Counted from the first letter of the stretch, positions 44,057-53,979 are shown. The stretch is 64,000 nucleotides of DNA from an uncultured Bacteroides sp. (GCA_964644355.1 CAZXUW010000003.1:50066-114065), one strand, 5' to 3'. Translations and numbers: made by a program. Notes: generated from the letters alone by a model not told the origin.

Positions 44057-45166
44057 CTAAAAAGAAAAAGGAGCGACATCGCTCACAATTTCAATTCTTT
44101 CGCTTCCATCCTTTTTCACAGGATAGCAAATATCCTGCCAACAAGGCGTAACGTTTTGTTTGATATGCACCTTGACAATGTTTTCTCCATCTTGCAAAAG
44201 TGCTTTGTCAAGTGGCATCATCTCATACTCATTAAACGCGTTTTTCAGCATTCTAACTGTGTCATTCCACATATCCGAATGATTGAGCACAACGCTTATC
44301 AACTGCATTCCATCCCTCTTTGCGCCTGCAACAAGACATCTTCCGCTCTTTTTGGTGTAACCGGTTTTCACTCCGTTGGCACCATCCAAAAGTGAGAGCA
44401 ACTTATTCTTGTTGGCAATGTATCTAGCCTCATCATTTACCATAATTTTTCTTTTTGATGTAGACACTATTTCAACAAACTTTTGATTGTCATATGCTTT
44501 TGCACATATCAAAGCCAAATCATATGCAGTGGTGTAATGCATATCGTCATGCAAACCGTGAGGATTGACAAAGTGCGAGTTTTTTGCACCCAACTGCAAA
44601 GCAGTTATATTCATAAGTTTTGCAAAATCTTCTATGCTCTTGCTCACCTCAAGTGCCAAAGCGGTGGCACAATCGTTTCCGCTTCGTAGCATAAGTCCGT
44701 AAAGCAAATCTTCAACGGTTATCTTATCACCACACTTAAGATATAATGACGAGCCTTCAACACCACTTGCCTCACTCTTTATTGCGACGACTCTATCAAG
44801 CTCCAAAGTGTTCAACACAATATAAGCCGTCAATATCTTTGTGGTGCTTGCAGGATAACACCTTGAATTTTCATTTTCTAGATAAAGCACTCTTCTTGAC
44901 GATTGCTCAATGACAATAGCAGACTGCCCTTGCCTTGTCAGCGGAGTGATTTTATCCATTGAAGAATTATCAAAATTTGATGTTTTTGGAAAATAAGTAT
45001 TACAATTTTGAATGATTTTTGGAATACTATTCTCGTTTTTATCAATATTTTGAGTACTTTCCATTCTTTTGCATGAGTATTGTGTGAAAATTGTTGCAAC
45101 CGTCAAAACCACGGTCAAGATAATTGCAAAAGTTAAAATCGTGTATTTTTGTGTTTTCTTTGTCAT
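44057..45166 (-). CDS. D-alanyl-D-alanine carboxypeptidase (peptidase S11)
   Basis: 369-aa ORF with a signal-anchor and the motifs SxxK (ASTTK), SxN (SGND) and KTG (VKTGYT). Confidence 0.85.
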   Translation of the reverse strand: MTKKTQKYTILTFAIILTVVLTVATIFTQYSCKRMESTQNIDKNENSIPKIIQNCNTYFPKTSNFDNSSMDKITPLTRQGQSAIVIEQSSRRVLYLENENSRCYPASTTKILTAYIVLNTLELDRVVAIKSEASGVEGSSLYLKCGDKITVEDLLYGLMLRSGNDCATALALEVSKSIEDFAKLMNITALQLGAKNSHFVNPHGLHDDMHYTTAYDLALICAKAYDNQKFVEIVSTSKRKIMVNDEARYIANKNKLLSLLDGANGVKTGYTKKSGRCLVAGAKRDGMQLISVVLNHSDMWNDTVRMLKNAFNEYEMMPLDKALLQDGENIVKVHIKQNVTPCWQDICYPVKKDGSERIEIVSDVAPFSF

Positions 45167-45177
45167 ATATCATTCTC

Positions 45178-45510
45178 TCAATCCTTTTTCATCAAGTTTG
45201 CAACACTCTTTGCAAGATCCATCCACTTGTTATCCTCACCATCTACCCTAACGAATTTATTTTGCAAACCGCATATCAAAAACCCGACAGGCGTCACACA
45301 TATTCCGCCACCGCTAACATTGGACGGTTCTTTTCTTTTGGCATTTTCAAAACCGCCAAGCACGTAACCGATGCTTATTTTGCTTACCGGCAGAATAACG
45401 TTACCGTCACTGCCTATAATCGGCTTGCCTATAATCTCATTGGACTCAACACTACATTTTAGACTATCCAACGTTTTCTTTAGCATTTCATCAAAACTTT
45501 GCATATACAC
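45178..45510 (-). CDS. ytfJ: sporulation protein YtfJ/GerW family
   Basis: 110-aa ORF with the motif GKPIIGSDGNVILPVSKISIGYVLGG. Confidence 0.8.
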   Translation of the reverse strand: MYMQSFDEMLKKTLDSLKCSVESNEIIGKPIIGSDGNVILPVSKISIGYVLGGFENAKRKEPSNVSGGGICVTPVGFLICGLQNKFVRVDGEDNKWMDLAKSVANLMKKD

Positions 45511-45514
45511 TCCT

Positions 45515-46018
45515 TTATTTACTCAAGACAATCAAACTTGCAATTTCAATCACGTTGAGCGAAAGCTCACATCTCATATCAACGTCAAATTTATCTCTGC
45601 TTGTGCCTAAATAGGCATTTGAGTTGACGTTGGGTAGAATATTTAGAATTGCACAAGCCATCGCACAATTTTTCATATCACCGCCGACAACCGCAAGCAT
45701 GCTTGGATATGAAATATCATTTTTCAACATTCTAACAAGTTCAATTACCTTTGACGGCGTCATTTCGCCCTTGCTATATTGTTTGCGTTTGCCGTTGATA
45801 TACAGCTCAAATCCGCCACTTGAGACGCATTTAAGCCTCAACACGCTCACGCCAAACAGCTTTATCTCAACAACGGCTTTACCCTCGTTTAGTCTAGCGT
45901 GTATCTTGATTGCAAATCTAAATGGCAACAGCAAAAATATCACGCTTATTTCAACCAAACAGAGAGCAATCATCATATACGTATATTGTGCATATGTCAT
46001 ACTTTTATGAGCAAACAC
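45515..46018 (-). CDS. DUF2953 / YtfI-like sporulation membrane protein
   Basis: 167-aa ORF with an N-terminal TM, immediately upstream of ytfJ as in the ytfI-ytfJ pair. Confidence 0.5.
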   Translation of the reverse strand: MFAHKSMTYAQYTYMMIALCLVEISVIFLLLPFRFAIKIHARLNEGKAVVEIKLFGVSVLRLKCVSSGGFELYINGKRKQYSKGEMTPSKVIELVRMLKNDISYPSMLAVVGGDMKNCAMACAILNILPNVNSNAYLGTSRDKFDVDMRCELSLNVIEIASLIVLSK

Positions 46019-46061
46019 ACGATAATTGTGAAAAAATAACGTTTATTTTACCTAATAGGAC

Positions 46062-46091
46062 AAAAAAAAAGAACTCACATAAAGTGAGTTC
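46062..46091 (-). terminator. intrinsic terminator after scpB
   Basis: On the minus strand: GAACTCAC-TTTAT-GTGAGTTC followed by TTTTTTTTT. Confidence 0.8.
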
Positions 46092-46110
46092 ATATTTGCA
46101 TATATAGCTA

Positions 46111-46800
46111 TCAGTCAAAGACTTCATACTGCTCGCCCTCAAGGAAGTCGGGGATTTCGTCATCATCGAATTCATCGGATGCAACAAGCTCGCTTGCTTG
46201 CTCGCCTTCGCCCTCCTCTCCCTCGAGGATCGAACGATTGTGAAAGAGAGTCTCTTGAGATGGAGCACTGATGAGCATAAGCTTTTCAAGCACCTCTGAA
46301 TAGTCAGGCAAATCCTCGATTGAGGAAATTTGAAATTTCTTCAAAAACTCGTCGGTTGTGCCAAAAAGAAGCGGTCTACCGACGGTATCCTTTCTGCCAA
46401 CAGCCTCGATAAGTCCTGCTTTAAGCAAGCCTGTGAGTGCGTATTCAGAGCTTTTGTTGCCTCTCATCTCCTCGATTTCCAGACGAGTGATAGGCTGTTT
46501 GTACGCAACGGTTGCAAGCACTTCAAGCAAAGTTTGGGTAAGCTCCTTTTCCTTGAGCGGAGTGAGCACGTCGGCAACGGTTGAGCCATATTTTGGATTG
46601 GACATAAACTGAAGCTTGCCATTGAACTCTGCAAGCACAAGTCCACAATCTCCGCTATAGCGTTTTTGAAGTGACTTTATGCAAGAATTGAGCTTTTGCG
46701 TGGTAAGCTCGGGCACTTTTTCCACAATATCCGTCTTGAGAATAGGCGTACCGCTTGCAAAAATAATAGCCTCAACAATATTCTCAATATTTTCCATCAT
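46111..46800 (-). CDS. scpB: segregation and condensation protein B
   Basis: MMENIENIVEAIIFASG.. (ScpB N-terminus). The start at 46800 overlaps the scpA stop. Confidence 0.92.
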   Translation of the reverse strand: MMENIENIVEAIIFASGTPILKTDIVEKVPELTTQKLNSCIKSLQKRYSGDCGLVLAEFNGKLQFMSNPKYGSTVADVLTPLKEKELTQTLLEVLATVAYKQPITRLEIEEMRGNKSSEYALTGLLKAGLIEAVGRKDTVGRPLLFGTTDEFLKKFQISSIEDLPDYSEVLEKLMLISAPSQETLFHNRSILEGEEGEGEQASELVASDEFDDDEIPDFLEGEQYEVFD

Positions 46801-47707
46801 CGTCCTCCTCAAACACCAGCGGTGCATCTTCAGTGCCCTCAACGGCAAAGATTGTTATTTCTCCAAAAACTTCCTCTTGTTCCGCCCTTATTCTGCCATA
46901 TTTGAGAAGCTCAAGCACGGCAAGGAAAGTGGTGACAATATCGCTCTTGTCATAATCCGGCTCAAATATATCCGTGAACTTCATCTGCTTACGAATGCTT
47001 ATCATGAGACGGATGTTTTCCATTTGGTCATGCACGGAGAATCTGTCCATGATAACTTTCTTTGGAATGACCTCTTGCGAATGTATCTGTGCATTGGCAA
47101 GCACTTTTGCAAAGGCATCCACAAGCTTTGGAAGCGAAAAATTGACAAGTGCCACCCTGTAATCCTTGTCAGTGTACGTCGGTGGACGATAAAAACGGTT
47201 GATTGTTTCAATCTCTCGAAGCTTGCTGCTTTGCTCAACAAGCAAGGCATATTCCTTGATCTTGTTGATGAGAAGTTGACGCTCATACTCGGGATCGTCC
47301 TCGGTGATTTCCTCGTCCTCTTTGGGCAAAGTGCGGATGGATTTGAGATATACAAGCTCTGCTGCCATGGTGATAAACTCACCTGCATAGTCAAAGTCTA
47401 GCTCCTCTTTGGGAGTGTTGCGAATGATGGTAACATATTGGCTTGTAACCTCTGAAATGAAGATGTCCTCAATTGCGATTTTTGCACTCTTGATAAGCTC
47501 GTAAAGAAGCGGAATAGGTCCGTCAAAATCGCTCAAATGATACACAATTTCAGGCTTGGCAACGACAAAATCACCCTCGATAGCCTCGGGATCTACAATC
47601 TCTGCATTTAGCGTCTTGTCCACGTCTACAGTATTGCTTGAATTCTCAACCGACGAAACATCTTCAACTTCTTGCGTGGATATTTGGCTGTTTTCAATAT
47701 CTTGCAT
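46784..47707 (-). CDS. scpA: segregation and condensation protein A (kleisin)
   Basis: 307-aa ORF with the motif FDGPIPLLYELIKSAKI and an acidic N-terminal extension of about 50 aa. Confidence 0.92.
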   Translation of the reverse strand: MQDIENSQISTQEVEDVSSVENSSNTVDVDKTLNAEIVDPEAIEGDFVVAKPEIVYHLSDFDGPIPLLYELIKSAKIAIEDIFISEVTSQYVTIIRNTPKEELDFDYAGEFITMAAELVYLKSIRTLPKEDEEITEDDPEYERQLLINKIKEYALLVEQSSKLREIETINRFYRPPTYTDKDYRVALVNFSLPKLVDAFAKVLANAQIHSQEVIPKKVIMDRFSVHDQMENIRLMISIRKQMKFTDIFEPDYDKSDIVTTFLAVLELLKYGRIRAEQEEVFGEITIFAVEGTEDAPLVFEEDDDGKY

Positions 47708-47919
47708 AGCTTTTGTCTTTGCCTACTTATAAATTAAATATCTTATAAATATTAACACGCACGCAAAAAAAAGTCAAAACAAATTGTAAAGTGCACCCCA
47801 TATGCCCAAAAATATCGCAAATATGCCACAAAAAATATGCCAAATGATAGGATTTATTGCAAAAAACAAGCAAGCCGTAAAAACAGCCTGCTTGCAAAAT
47901 GCGTTATCGCATAATAAAT

Positions 47920-49119
47920 TTATCTGCTTTGTGTTGCCCAATTTCTGGCAATGTCACCGATCACGTCAAAGTACGTTCTGCTATCCACACTCTCAAGCGC
48001 CACAACGTTGACACTATCTACGACCACACCATCCTTGACAAGATGTGCTTTGCCCAAGACGTCACCCTCCTTTACGGGTGCTTTTACACTGTCAACAACC
48101 TCAAATTTGACGTCGTACACTGCATTATCGTCACGTGCTACAAAACGTGTCAAATTGCCTTGTGAACCAACCGCAACTTGTCCTTGCTTGCCTGAAATCA
48201 CCTTGACGTCAATATCCAATCTCTCGCCCTGTTTAAGCATAATTTCGTTTGAAAAATTTGAAAAGGCATAGTCGAACATCGCACTAACGGCACTGTTTCT
48301 CACCTTTGAACTGTCCGCACCTATAACCACTGCAATGACTCGCATATCGTTACGCTTTGCCGTTGCACTCAAACAGAACTTTGCCTCGCTTGTAAATCCG
48401 GTTTTTCCGCCATCGCAACCGTTGTAAAACCTCACAAGCTTATTTGTGTTGGTTATGCTTGTCACTCTGCCGTCCGGGTGCACGTAGTCCTCCAGCCAAA
48501 TCTTTGCAAACTCAAAATATAGCGGATGTTCAATGAGCTTTGCAAACATTGTCGCAACGTCCTTTGCACACGAAAAACTCTCCGCACACGGAAGCCCTGT
48601 GCAATTCTTGAACTGCGTATTGCTCATACCGAGCGACTTTGCCCTATCATTCATCCTTGCAACAAACCGCTCGCTACTGCCACAAATATGCTCCGCAACT
48701 GCAACGCAAGAGTCGTTTGCTGATGCTACAATTATGCTTTTTACAAGCTCCTTGAGCTTGTGTACACTGCCGGCATCCAAAAACACTTGCGATCCTCCCA
48801 TTCCGGCAGAATTCTCGCTTATCGTAACGTCATCGTCAAGGGATATTTCGCCATTTTCGACCGCCTCAAAGGCAAGCAACGTGGTCATAATCTTCACCAT
48901 GCTTGCTATGGGCAATCTTTCGTTTTGGTTACGCTCATAAAGGACGTAACCGCTGTTGACGTCAACAAGATAGCCTGCCTTGCCGACACTCTTGAAATCT
49001 ACGCTTGCACCCTCGCAAACTTCGCCGTTGCGTATAAACAAAGAGCTTGCAATAGCCATTACGATAACAAGAAAAACGCAAAGGACAATGCCTATTTTTG
49101 AAACTTTTTTCTCAGCCAT
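47920..49119 (-). CDS. D-alanyl-D-alanine carboxypeptidase (peptidase S11, DacB-like)
   Basis: 399-aa ORF with the motifs SxxK (ASMVK), SxN (SAND) and KTG (GKTGFT), plus a C-terminal PBP5-C-like domain. Confidence 0.88.
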   Translation of the reverse strand: MAEKKVSKIGIVLCVFLVIVMAIASSLFIRNGEVCEGASVDFKSVGKAGYLVDVNSGYVLYERNQNERLPIASMVKIMTTLLAFEAVENGEISLDDDVTISENSAGMGGSQVFLDAGSVHKLKELVKSIIVASANDSCVAVAEHICGSSERFVARMNDRAKSLGMSNTQFKNCTGLPCAESFSCAKDVATMFAKLIEHPLYFEFAKIWLEDYVHPDGRVTSITNTNKLVRFYNGCDGGKTGFTSEAKFCLSATAKRNDMRVIAVVIGADSSKVRNSAVSAMFDYAFSNFSNEIMLKQGERLDIDVKVISGKQGQVAVGSQGNLTRFVARDDNAVYDVKFEVVDSVKAPVKEGDVLGKAHLVKDGVVVDSVNVVALESVDSRTYFDVIGDIARNWATQSR

Positions 49120-49200
49120 AATTTACCTCTTTTTGTTTAGCGTGCCTAATAGGAGCAAAAATATGCAAATATCACATAAATAGTAATCTAACAAGGTGTT

Positions 49201-49788
49201 TTAGTACAATTCAACAATAAGCACACCGAAAATCGAGCCGATTATCAAGAAAAATATCAACGAGACACAAGCATTGATTGCAAAAAGCTTGATTGTGGAT
49301 ACAAATGAGTTTTTCAATCCGTAACCGTTGCACGAGCAATCTTGAGAGGAGCTGACCACCGCACATAGCAAAAAGCAAATCAACGTGCCTATAAAAAATG
49401 GCAAATATACAAAAAGCAGGTTGAAAACACCCGTCGTTTCATACCTTGCCACAAGTGCCGTTGAATACTCTCCGACCACAAACCCCAATGCGAAAAATGG
49501 CAATATCACAAGAAAAATCGTTTTGGAATTTACCCCAGCCAACAGGAATATTATATATGCACCCAAAAGAGCCAGAATAGATATGAAAAACACCTTTGCA
49601 CCGGCAAACTCCATTTCATCTCGAGCCACCCTTTCAAAACCGTCACTCACCGCACCGAATGCGGACAATACGCCGACAATTATGCCAAGAATAAAGATGA
49701 TAAGAGTGCAAATAAGCACCTTTTTATTGTCCTTGAAAAACGATTTAATAAGGGACAACACCGCCCTAAAACGAAATGCATTTTGCAT
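49201..49788 (-). CDS. spoIIM: stage II sporulation protein M-like membrane protein
   Basis: 195-aa ORF with about 5 TM segments. The size and neighbourhood (spoIVB, Spo0A-C) fit SpoIIM. The call rests on topology and context only. Confidence 0.5.
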   Translation of the reverse strand: MQNAFRFRAVLSLIKSFFKDNKKVLICTLIIFILGIIVGVLSAFGAVSDGFERVARDEMEFAGAKVFFISILALLGAYIIFLLAGVNSKTIFLVILPFFALGFVVGEYSTALVARYETTGVFNLLFVYLPFFIGTLICFLLCAVVSSSQDCSCNGYGLKNSFVSTIKLFAINACVSLIFFLIIGSIFGVLIVELY

Positions 49789-49887
49789 ATAATAGCATAC
49801 TCAAAAGCAGTTGTGCGTATGACAAAATCGTGCAAAAATGCCAAGCATAGTATCTGATATGCCAATAAAATTTGCCATCAAAATGCT

Positions 49888-50232
49888 ATGCTACAAAGCA
49901 TGAGAAACGAAATTAAGACAAAAGAATACTTGCTCAAACTCGGCTTTCAACCAAATCTCAAAGGATACCACTTGCTTGCAAAACTAATACGCTACGCGCT
50001 AGATGGAGAAAAAATACTGCCACTGAAATATCAAGGTTATCCGCTTATTCAAAAAGATTTTGACATCGACTGCGCAAGCATAGAAAAGGACATCCAAAAT
50101 GCAATATCCTCTGCTTGGCTTAGAGGAAACGTGGACGTATTGTATAAAGAATTTGGAGAAACGCTGGATGAAAACAAGGGAAAACCAACCAACAAACAGT
50201 TTATTATGACAGCATTAGAGCGCATAAAATAA
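49888..50232 (+). CDS. stand-alone Spo0A C-terminal (DNA-binding) domain protein, no receiver domain
   Basis: 114 aa. NLKGYHLL aligns with Spo0A HIKGYLYL. IEKDIQNAISSAWLRGN aligns with VERAIRHAIEVAWSRGN. KPTNKQFIMTALERI aligns with KPTNSEFIAMVADKL. Only 99 bp separate it from spoIIM, which leaves no room for a REC domain. Confidence 0.75.
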   Translation: MLQSMRNEIKTKEYLLKLGFQPNLKGYHLLAKLIRYALDGEKILPLKYQGYPLIQKDFDIDCASIEKDIQNAISSAWLRGNVDVLYKEFGETLDENKGKPTNKQFIMTALERIK

Positions 50233-50258
50233 CCGTTTAGAATACCGATTTTTAGAAT

Positions 50259-50280
50259 AGACGGAGCGTTTGCTCCGTCT
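50259..50280. terminator. hairpin between convergent Spo0A-C gene and spoIVB
   Basis: AGACGGAGC-GTTT-GCTCCGTCT. The flanking U-tracts are weak on both strands. Confidence 0.5.
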
Positions 50281-50298
50281 TATATCAATCAAGCTTGC

Positions 50299-51450
50299 TT
50301 ATGCCACAAGGCTTGAATTGTGCTCAATTTCACCCCTATCCTCAACTGCCATATCATACATAAATCGAGCGTGCACGGCATATCCCCTTGTGGGATCTTG
50401 CACAAATACGTGCGTCACGGCACCTATCAATATTCCGTTTTGCACGATCGGGCTTCCGCTCATCCCCTGCACGATGCCACCCGTTTGGGCAAGCAACTCT
50501 TTGTCGCAAACGTCAATCACCATTCCTTTGGGTTGTGCCTCGCTTTGGGATATTACCTTGACGATTTCTACGTCGTAAAACTTGGGTGTATCACCCTCTA
50601 CACTCGTGAGCACTTGTGCCTTGCCTATTTTTGCTTCGCCTTTCATGGCTATTCTATATAGTGCACCTCTTTGCTCACCGCTATATTCGCCATACAAGCC
50701 GATTGGAGTGTTCTTTTCAATCCCTCCTACACTCTTTGCAAGCTTGTTGACGTCGGCAACAAGTCCGCCCGCCTTGCCTCTTTCACCCTTGACAACTCCC
50801 TTTATTGATGCATTGTATATGTTTCCAGAGTTTAGCTCATCACTCAAATTGGTGTCGGCATCTTGCACATGGTGTCCAAGGGATGCAAATCTGCCCCCTT
50901 GCGTGACAAATGTCATTGTGCCTATTCCGCCAACGTCCTCTTTCAAGGATAATCCGAGCTTATATTGTCCGTCCGCCTTATCTCTGCAAGCGGAAACAGT
51001 GATTGTACTTAACGTTTTATCTCGCAAATACTCAAGCTTGAATACACCCTCTTTGGATGATGATACAATCTCTTTTAAGCGGTAAATCGAGTGTACTTTT
51101 TCTCCGTTTATACTCACCAACACATCACCGCATTTCAGCTCGGATGAGGGATTTTGGCTCCCTTTTTCCGTCTGCACTGCACACGTATCCACCACCAAAA
51201 GCCCTTCCGCCTTTATGCTTATGCCGATGGGATAACCACCAACGTGCACGTAGCGCTTGTCTTGGGCATTGCACGAGGAAAATTGCAAGTCGGATTTTGC
51301 AAACGCAACATTTTCGCTTGGCTCAATGCCTTTGAATTGTTTTAGGTTGGCAAACGATGCACAGCATACACAAACAAATATGAGTGCCAAAAGCATGCAA
51401 AGCACCTGCCTTTGAATTGTGTTGTAGAAACGTTTATCTTTTATCTGCAT
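50299..51450 (-). CDS. spoIVB: SpoIVB signalling serine peptidase (S55) with PDZ domain
   Basis: 383-aa ORF with an N-terminal TM, a PDZ segment (GDVLVSINGEKV), and GMSGSPI (Ser) and LGHHV (His) motifs. Confidence 0.9.
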   Translation of the reverse strand: MQIKDKRFYNTIQRQVLCMLLALIFVCVCCASFANLKQFKGIEPSENVAFAKSDLQFSSCNAQDKRYVHVGGYPIGISIKAEGLLVVDTCAVQTEKGSQNPSSELKCGDVLVSINGEKVHSIYRLKEIVSSSKEGVFKLEYLRDKTLSTITVSACRDKADGQYKLGLSLKEDVGGIGTMTFVTQGGRFASLGHHVQDADTNLSDELNSGNIYNASIKGVVKGERGKAGGLVADVNKLAKSVGGIEKNTPIGLYGEYSGEQRGALYRIAMKGEAKIGKAQVLTSVEGDTPKFYDVEIVKVISQSEAQPKGMVIDVCDKELLAQTGGIVQGMSGSPIVQNGILIGAVTHVFVQDPTRGYAVHARFMYDMAVEDRGEIEHNSSLVA

Positions 51451-51543
51451 AATTTTAGCGTGTGCATAACATCAATCTAAAACCGTGTAAAAAAATGTAA
51501 AATCATATATATCAAGTATTTTGTCAGCTTTTGAAAAAAGGTA

Positions 51544-51570
51544 TAAAAAACGGACAGCAAAGCTGTCCGT
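51544..51570 (-). terminator. intrinsic terminator after the FAD-dependent protein gene
   Basis: On the minus strand: ACGGACAGC-TTT-GCTGTCCGT followed by TTTTTTAT. Confidence 0.8.
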
Positions 51571-51587
51571 CAATAAAATGTGGATAT

Positions 51588-53000
51588 TTAATTGTTTTCT
51601 TCAGCAAGGAGATTTCTTGCCATATACACGCCCATGACGGATGCCATCATCAAGCCCCTTGTCCAACCACTGCTATCGCCAAGACAATGCAAGCCGTGAA
51701 TTGATGTGTTGAGCTTGTCATCCATCTTGATTTTGTTTGAATAGAATTTTAGCTCCGGACTGTAGAGCAAGGTTTCGTATCCGGCAAATCCCGGAACGAC
51801 CTTATCTACGGCTTTGATAAAGTTGATGATGTTTAGCATTGCTCTATACGGCATACCTGCGGTTATGTCACCGGCAACGGCATCTTTGAGCGTTGGACGC
51901 ACGTTTGAAAAGCTCAATTCTCTCTGCCAAGTACGCTTGCCAGACAAAATGTCACCATAGCGTTGCACCATGATCTTGCCTGCACCAAGCATATTGGTGA
52001 GCTCGCCAACTCTTTGAGCATACTCGATGGGTTGTTTGAATGGCTCCGTAAAGGAGTGTGAGCAAAGGATTGCAAGGTTTGTATTGTCACTCTTTTTCTC
52101 TTTGAAGCTGTGTCCGTTGACGACGGCAAGGTCGTTGTCATAGTTCTCTTGAGACACAAATCCGCCGGGGTTTTGGCAGAAAATACGCACTTTGTTTTTG
52201 AATGGTTCGGGATAACCGATAAGCTTGCTCTCATAGAGCACGTCGTTGATCTCCTCCATAATCTCGTTGCGTACCTCAACTCTCACACCGATGTCAACAA
52301 CGCCGGGAGCGTGTGCGATGTTGTGCACAGAACACATCTTTTCAAGCCACTCTGCACCGCGTCTGCCCGTTGCAATGATGGTCTTGTCGGCAAGAATTTC
52401 TTCCTTGCTCTCCCCCTTGCTGTCCTCAATGTACACGCCTTTGCATACGTCACCGTCAAGAATGATGTTGTCACATTGTCTGCCGAATATAAGCTCTACG
52501 CCGTTATTTCTCAAATAATTCTCTATTGCAAGATACAGATCTCTTGCCTTTTCAGTGCCCAAGTGGCGAATTGGACAATCCACAAGCTTCAAACCCGCAT
52601 TGATAGCCTTGCGTCTTATCTCCTTGACTTTTTCGTCATTGCCAAGCCCTTCGATATGCTCGTCCGCACCAAATTCAAGATAGATTTTGTCCGTATAATC
52701 GATAAGCTCTTGTGCCCTGTCTGCACCTATAAGCTGTGGAAGCTCTCCGCCAACCTCATAGGATAAGGAAAGTTTGCCATCTGAAAATGCACCTGCACCG
52801 GAAAATCCCGTTGTGATATGGCAATACGGCTTGCAATTTTTGCAATCACTGCCAAAAGTTTTTGGGCACACTCTCTTTTCAACCGGTTGTCCTTTTTCAA
52901 TGATGCAGATGCTTTTTTTGCTACCGTTTCTAATAAGCTCGATAGCGGTAAAGATACCTGCAGGACCTGCTCCGACAATGCACACATCAAATTTTCTCAT
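51588..53000 (-). CDS. FAD-dependent oxidoreductase (COG2509-like)
   Basis: 470-aa ORF with the N-terminal motif VGAGPAGIF and a Cys cluster CPKTFGSDCKNCKPYC. Confidence 0.75.
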   Translation of the reverse strand: MRKFDVCIVGAGPAGIFTAIELIRNGSKKSICIIEKGQPVEKRVCPKTFGSDCKNCKPYCHITTGFSGAGAFSDGKLSLSYEVGGELPQLIGADRAQELIDYTDKIYLEFGADEHIEGLGNDEKVKEIRRKAINAGLKLVDCPIRHLGTEKARDLYLAIENYLRNNGVELIFGRQCDNIILDGDVCKGVYIEDSKGESKEEILADKTIIATGRRGAEWLEKMCSVHNIAHAPGVVDIGVRVEVRNEIMEEINDVLYESKLIGYPEPFKNKVRIFCQNPGGFVSQENYDNDLAVVNGHSFKEKKSDNTNLAILCSHSFTEPFKQPIEYAQRVGELTNMLGAGKIMVQRYGDILSGKRTWQRELSFSNVRPTLKDAVAGDITAGMPYRAMLNIINFIKAVDKVVPGFAGYETLLYSPELKFYSNKIKMDDKLNTSIHGLHCLGDSSGWTRGLMMASVMGVYMARNLLAEENN

Positions 53001-53203
53001 ATTTGACCTCGCTTGGTTTGCTATAAAATAATATTTATTTTATGCCTTGACGCAAAACGTTTGCACGCCTGCGACCTATGGGATTATAATGCACTATCTC
53101 GTTTCTGTCAAGCGTTGCAATAATCAAAAAAAGTTTTTTCAAGTGTCGATAATTGTCAATTTTTACCCCCTACCGCCATAAAATATACAACCCGGAGGAT
53201 GCT

Positions 53204-53899
53204 ATGGCTTTGGAGAGTTTGTTATCTCTTTTGAAAAAATTGATTATCTTTTCTTCCTATGTGAGTCAAAAGAGCTCCTTTCCAAAGCCATTGAGCAAAG
53301 AAAAGGAACTCGAATACCTTCAAGAATGTGCAAACGGAAGTGACGAGGCAAAGGAAATCTTGGTCAAACACAACTTGCGACTTGTTGCACATATCGCAAA
53401 AAAATACTCAAATTACGGAGATAACGACGAGCTTATTTCGATAGGTTCCATCGGCTTGATAAAGGCTATTGAAAGCTACAAACCCGACAAAGGTACCCAG
53501 CTTGCCACGTACGCTTCCAGGTGTATTGAAAATGAAATTCTTATGACGATGCGATCAAGCAAAAAACACCGCTCAAACGTCTCTCTCAATGAGCCTATAG
53601 GAGTCGATAAGGACGGAAACGAGCTTGTTATCATGGATATGCTCGAGGCGGATACCTCCGTCATCGATGACGTTGAAAACTCAATTATTATGGAAAAATT
53701 GCTTGCAATCACAAAACAAGTGCTTGACGAAAGAGAGTTTGAGATCATCCGCTTGCGATACGGGCTTGGCGGTATTGGAGCTTTGACACAGCGTGAAGTC
53801 GCACAAAAATTCGATATATCTCGCTCCTACGTTTCTCGAATTGAAAAAAAGGCACTGGATAAGATAAAAAGAAATGTCAACAAAGAAGATTTGATATAA
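53204..53899 (+). CDS. sigK: sporulation sigma factor K (pro-sigma K), uninterrupted
   Basis: The start is ATG 53204 with a GGAGGA RBS. The pro-sequence and junction YVSQKSSFPKPLSKEKELEYL resemble B. subtilis YVKNNAFPQPLSSSEEKKYL. The motifs HNLRLVAHIAKKY and ISRSYVSRIEKKAL are present. There is no skin-type insertion. Confidence 0.88.
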   Translation: MALESLLSLLKKLIIFSSYVSQKSSFPKPLSKEKELEYLQECANGSDEAKEILVKHNLRLVAHIAKKYSNYGDNDELISIGSIGLIKAIESYKPDKGTQLATYASRCIENEILMTMRSSKKHRSNVSLNEPIGVDKDGNELVIMDMLEADTSVIDDVENSIIMEKLLAITKQVLDEREFEIIRLRYGLGGIGALTQREVAQKFDISRSYVSRIEKKALDKIKRNVNKEDLI

Positions 53900-53953
53900 T
53901 AAAAGCTTCCTAAACAACAGTCGTTTTGATATAGGCTGTTTGGTTGGGAAGCT
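53896..53953 (-). terminator. long imperfect hairpin between convergent sigK and nrdR
   Basis: The outer stem is AGCTTCC..GGAAGCT, with imperfect inner pairing. On the minus strand it is followed by TTTATTAT. Confidence 0.4.
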
Positions 53954-53979
53954 CCAATAAACTATTTGCTAATCAATGG

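Noticed and set aside
53204-53899. Possible skin-like intervening element in sigK
   Set aside because: The sigK ORF is continuous, covering the pro-sequence through region 4.2 in one frame. The nearby recombinase at 32099 is unrelated to spoIVCA-type serine recombinases.
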